Of a stretch of 64,000 bases of DNA, positions 60,728-64,000 are shown piece after piece; within the stretch, counting starts at the first letter, position 1; each line of letters begins with the position of its first letter. The notes below the pieces were generated by a model. It saw only the letters and a program-made list of their open reading frames with translations. It searched no databases and was not told the origin of the DNA. This DNA is from Deltaproteobacteria bacterium. Lineage in GTDB: Bacteria; Myxococcota_A; Polyangia; JAAYKL01. The DNA is taken from the NCBI GenBank assembly GCA_016936575.1, contig JAFGXQ010000013.1, positions 2,835 to 66,834 on the forward strand, in the 5' to 3' direction. Both the position numbers and the translations under genes were made by a program.

Positions 60728-62077
60728 ATGGAACGAAACGATTTTCTAATACCCCGATTTTTTACTATCATAACATTATTATTATCGATGATAACAGTCA
60801 TCGCCTGCTCTGTTGAGGAGGGGCAGATAGATAAGGCTTCCGATGCGGACTCAGACACGGATACTGACTCTAACTCTGACTCTGATACAGATACAGACTC
60901 TGATTCTGATAGTGATGCAGATGCGGATACAGACACCGACGCAGACAGCGACACCGACTCTGACGCAGACAGCGACACCGACTCTGACTCTGACAGCGAC
61001 ACCGACTCTGACTCTGACAGCGACACCGACTCTGACTCTGACTCTGACTCTGATACAGATACAGACTCTGATTCTGATAGTGATGCGGATGCGGATACAG
61101 ACACCGACGCAGACGCAGACACCGACGCAGACACCGATACAGATACCGACGCTGACACCGATACAGATACCGATGCAGATACCGACGCTGACACCGATAC
61201 GGATACCGACGCTGACACCGACTCGGACGCCGATGCAGACACCGACACGGACTCTGATAGTGATGCGGATGCGGATACAGACTCAGATACGGACTCGGAC
61301 ACTGACTCTGATACTACGATCAATTGCGAGACCATCGCCCATCCGGGCAGCGTCGGTCCGCTGGACGTAAATAGTTACAGCGCAGGGTTACGTGACGGAC
61401 CGGACTACGGTTCGCAGACCATGCATGCACCGGTCGGAGATGGGGAATTCCCTGCTATCGCAATTGTACCCGGTTACATGTCGTACGAATCATCCATTTC
61501 GAGCTGGGGACCCTATTTCGCATCCCACGGCATTGCAACGCTGACTATCGGCACTAACAGCATCATGGATCAACCGCCCGCCCGCTCCGCTGCGCTGCTT
61601 GACGCTATCGACACCATTCGTGCAGAAAATGAGCGCCCGGACAGCCCGTTGTATCAACAAATTGATCTCACAAGGCTCGGCGTCATGGGGTGGTCAATGG
61701 GCGGAGGCGGTACGCTCATTACCGTCAACAGTCACCCCGAGCTCAAAGCTGCCATTACCCTATGTGCGTGGAACCCGGGTCAAACCTATCCAAACAATTC
61801 TGTCCCTACATTATTATTCGCCGGGACGGCCGATACCCTCGCGGGAGGGCAGTCTCAGGGGTTCTACACCAGCATTCCCGATACCACCCCAAAGATGCTT
61901 TTCGAAGTGGCCGGCGCCGACCATTTCTTTGCCAATTCTCCAACCGGCGCAAACAATCAGACCGGCTTGTACGGCACAGCCTGGTTAAAAGTGTTTCTTG
62001 CCGGAGATGAATGCTATCGTCCATTTCTGCTGGCCCCCCCCGGCGGCACATCGGATTTCAGAACGAACGTGGAATAA
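60728..62077 (+). CDS. acidic-repeat lipoprotein with C-terminal cutinase/PETase-like polyesterase domain (alpha/beta hydrolase)
   Basis: 449 aa. Lipobox ITVIAC. About 165 aa DSD/DTD/DAD stalk. Catalytic domain with GWSMGGGG nucleophile motif, Asp in GTADTLA and His in GADHFFAN, plus AWNPGQT. These closely resemble the Thermobifida cutinase / Ideonella PETase family as recalled. Confidence 0.75.
   Translation: MERNDFLIPRFFTIITLLLSMITVIACSVEEGQIDKASDADSDTDTDSNSDSDTDTDSDSDSDADADTDTDADSDTDSDADSDTDSDSDSDTDSDSDSDTDSDSDSDSDTDTDSDSDSDADADTDTDADADTDADTDTDTDADTDTDTDADTDADTDTDTDADTDSDADADTDTDSDSDADADTDSDTDSDTDSDTTINCETIAHPGSVGPLDVNSYSAGLRDGPDYGSQTMHAPVGDGEFPAIAIVPGYMSYESSISSWGPYFASHGIATLTIGTNSIMDQPPARSAALLDAIDTIRAENERPDSPLYQQIDLTRLGVMGWSMGGGGTLITVNSHPELKAAITLCAWNPGQTYPNNSVPTLLFAGTADTLAGGQSQGFYTSIPDTTPKMLFEVAGADHFFANSPTGANNQTGLYGTAWLKVFLAGDECYRPFLLAPPGGTSDFRTNVE
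60836..61328. repeat. GAY-WCN repeat encoding poly(Asp-Ser/Thr/Ala) stalk
   Basis: Seen directly. Generates artefactual ORFs 60670..61335(-) and 60843..61370(+). Confidence 0.8.
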
Positions 62078-62188
62078 CACATATCAAAATCAAAAAGGTG
62101 ACTACCACCTTCACTTTTTTGAACCGTCCAGCCGTACTTCGGGCTCAATCCTATTGTATAAAGCCACCAACCCGCAAGGAGATGCACC

Positions 62189-63619
62189 ATGAAAACATGC
62201 CAGCACCAGGGAATGACCGTATTATTTCATTTACTATGTATTATGACGTTCACAGCCGTTTTGTCCGGTTGCTCTGTAGACAGCGGTGAAGTCGAGTCCG
62301 AGACCGACGCAGACGCGGATTCAGATGGGGATACAGATTCTGACGCGGATACAGATTCTGACGCAGATGCGGATTCCGATGCGGACGCAGACTCAGATGC
62401 AGACGCAGACGCCGACTCAGACGCGGATTCTGACGCGGATTCAGACGCGGACTCAGATACGGATTCAGATGCCGACTCAGACGCGGATTCAGATACGGAT
62501 TCAGATGCCGACTCAGACGCGGACTCAGATACGGATTCAGATGCCGACTCAGACGCGGACTCAGATACGGATTCAGATGCCGACTCAGACGCAGACTCAG
62601 ACGCGGATTCTGATGCGGACTCGGACGCAGACTCTGACACAGACTCAGATACGGACTCGGATGCAGACTCGGACGCAGACTCAGATACGGATTCTGATGC
62701 GGACTCGGACTCAGACACAGATTCTGACACTGACGCGGATACGGACACGGATTCTGATAGCGATGCGGACTCGGACTCAGATGCAGACACAGATTCTGAC
62801 ACCGATGCGGACAGTGATTCTGATACCGATGCGGACTCGGATTCTGATAGCGATTTTACCGCCGATCCCATCATTCCCGAGATCACCGGCGATTGTCCAG
62901 ATTTTGAAACCGGTACCATCACATACATGGGATTAAGCGGTATTTCCCTACAGGTGGGAGACTTGGGGTCTGGCGACGGCGCCATTCTCTTTTATTGGCA
63001 CGGTACCGGTTCCAGTTCCGCTGAGGTCACCTTTATGGTACCGAGCAGTGTGCGAAACGATATTTTGAATCAGGGCGGAATCATCGTCGCTTTTGACGGC
63101 TCGCTGGGAACCGGCGGCGACTGTTCCGGCACCGCCACGTTCAGCAAAGACGACTTCAACATCGCCGACCAGATTGTTGCCTGTGCGATTCGCGACCACA
63201 ACATCAATCCTCGTCGTGTGTATACCACCGGCTGCAGCGCTGGAGGACTTCAATCCGGATGCATGGGCGCCCTCCGTTCCAACTATGTTGCAGCGACAGT
63301 ACCCAACTCGGGAGGGCTGGTATTTCCTCAATCCATACAGAATGATGCACACACACCCGCGGTAATGACGATGCACGGCGGTTCTTCCGACTGGGTGGGA
63401 GTATCTTTCGCAAGCACCAGCGCCACATATGATGCAATGATGGACAATGCCGGCAGTTTTGTTGTGAATTGTGATCATGGGGGCGGACACTGTCAGGCCC
63501 CATCCGAACTGTATGAAGCGGGCTGGCAATTCATGAAGGCACATCCCTTCGGAGTCGATCCATTCCCGTGGGAAACCGGTCTCGTAGGTTTTCCGGATTA
63601 TTGCGCCATATACGAATAG
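62189..63619 (+). CDS. acidic-repeat lipoprotein with C-terminal alpha/beta-hydrolase esterase domain (LpqC/PHB-depolymerase-like)
   Basis: 476 aa. Lipobox LSGC. About 190 aa DSDAD repeat stalk. Esterase domain with FYWHGTGSS, nucleophile GCSAGG (GxSxG) and MHGGSSD. Subfamily assignment is tentative. Confidence 0.65.
   Translation: MKTCQHQGMTVLFHLLCIMTFTAVLSGCSVDSGEVESETDADADSDGDTDSDADTDSDADADSDADADSDADADADSDADSDADSDADSDTDSDADSDADSDTDSDADSDADSDTDSDADSDADSDTDSDADSDADSDADSDADSDADSDTDSDTDSDADSDADSDTDSDADSDSDTDSDTDADTDTDSDSDADSDSDADTDSDTDADSDSDTDADSDSDSDFTADPIIPEITGDCPDFETGTITYMGLSGISLQVGDLGSGDGAILFYWHGTGSSSAEVTFMVPSSVRNDILNQGGIIVAFDGSLGTGGDCSGTATFSKDDFNIADQIVACAIRDHNINPRRVYTTGCSAGGLQSGCMGALRSNYVAATVPNSGGLVFPQSIQNDAHTPAVMTMHGGSSDWVGVSFASTSATYDAMMDNAGSFVVNCDHGGGHCQAPSELYEAGWQFMKAHPFGVDPFPWETGLVGFPDYCAIYE
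62287..62865. repeat. GAY-GCN/WCN repeat encoding poly(Asp-Ser/Ala/Thr) stalk
   Basis: Seen directly. Generates artefactual ORFs 62227..62985(-) and 62286..62936(+). Confidence 0.8.
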
Positions 63620-63621
63620 GA

Positions 63622-64000
63622 CTATCTCTGACAGGCGCAGACTCGCTCCGCAACCGAATACGCAGCTTCCGGGTTCACATCGGGATGAATCAGCCACCAC
63701 AACCCGTCGTTCCAGATATGGCAACCCAACCCCTCGCTGGACAGACTCAACCGCGACGCCGCGCCGACTTCACCGTCAAAACCCATTCGTCTGAAGATAT
63801 TTCGACATTCCTCCCAGTCTCCCCCCTCGGACGGCGTGCCGGTTACAAAAGAAGTCGCGTCGCTGTATCCGCCATGTACTTCACACACCTCTATACAATT
63901 GTCACCCGCTTCCCCAAGATACCAGCAATGGTCGGCGTACCCCACGCCGCCGTCATCACAGACAATATTGCCGTAGTCGCTGTCCGTTCCGATTTCTGTA
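63622..64000 (-). CDS. hypothetical Cys-rich protein (5' end probably beyond the window)
   Basis: ORF 63622..63945 shown from first Met. The reading frame likely continues past position 64000. Several Cys. No recognisable domain. Confidence 0.3.
   Translation of the reverse strand, partial: TEIGTDSDYGNIVCDDGGVGYADHCWYLGEAGDNCIEVCEVHGGYSDATSFVTGTPSEGGDWEECRNIFRRMGFDGEVGAASRLSLSSEGLGCHIWNDGLWWLIHPDVNPEAAYSVAERVCACQR

Noticed and set aside
60670-62985. ORFs 60670..61335 (-), 60843..61370 (+), 62227..62985 (-), 62286..62936 (+)
   Set aside because: Repeat-frame artefacts of the stalk-encoding DNA in the PETase-like and esterase genes.

Overview
This 64 kb bacterial window is about 54% GC, moderately gene-dense, and shows many translationally coupled gene pairs. 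Conserved housekeeping genes (ilvBN, dnaK, tsaC, purE-purD-standalone IMP cyclohydrolase, a purS-purL fusion with purQ, gdhA, tRNA-Leu(UAA)) sit among accessory genes. The most distinctive accessory content is a family of at least seven lipobox lipoproteins with long acidic Asp-Ser/Thr/Ala repeat stalks (DSDTD..., DADTD...). These stalks connect the lipid anchor to different C-terminal modules. The modules are an S1 trypsin-like peptidase, a PETase/cutinase-like polyesterase, an LpqC/PHB-depolymerase-like esterase, Cys-rich modules with paired CxxCH motifs, and a Cys-rich domain of unknown function. They sit next to a GH9 cellulase, which suggests a surface polymer-degradation region at 52.8-63.6 kb. 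Other notable units are listed below.
- A corrinoid(B12)-binding protein, an MtaA/URO-D-like methyltransferase, a DUF1638 protein and a hybrid histidine kinase form one overlapping operon.
- An ArsR-controlled redox operon (COG0701 CSC-motif permease, two thioredoxin-like proteins, CcdA) carries two copies of an ATATGGC..GCCATAT operator palindrome.
- A large protein fuses a KaiC-like pseudo-ATPase domain to a PPDK_N domain.
- An NrpR-like (DUF128) regulator is divergent from gdhA.
- An SDR and an ERG4/ERG24-like reductase are translationally coupled.
- A secreted Myxococcus-type Cys-rich repeat protein carries a PA14/fibro-slime domain.
- A VIT-vWA protein overlaps a beta-propeller gene by 4 nt.
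- One acidic-repeat lipoprotein paralog is split by a frameshift at a C10 homopolymer tract.
No CRISPR array, integrase or transposase was seen. The fibro-slime domain, CelD_N-GH9 cellulase and promoter style hint at a Fibrobacterota-like lineage, but that is inference only.
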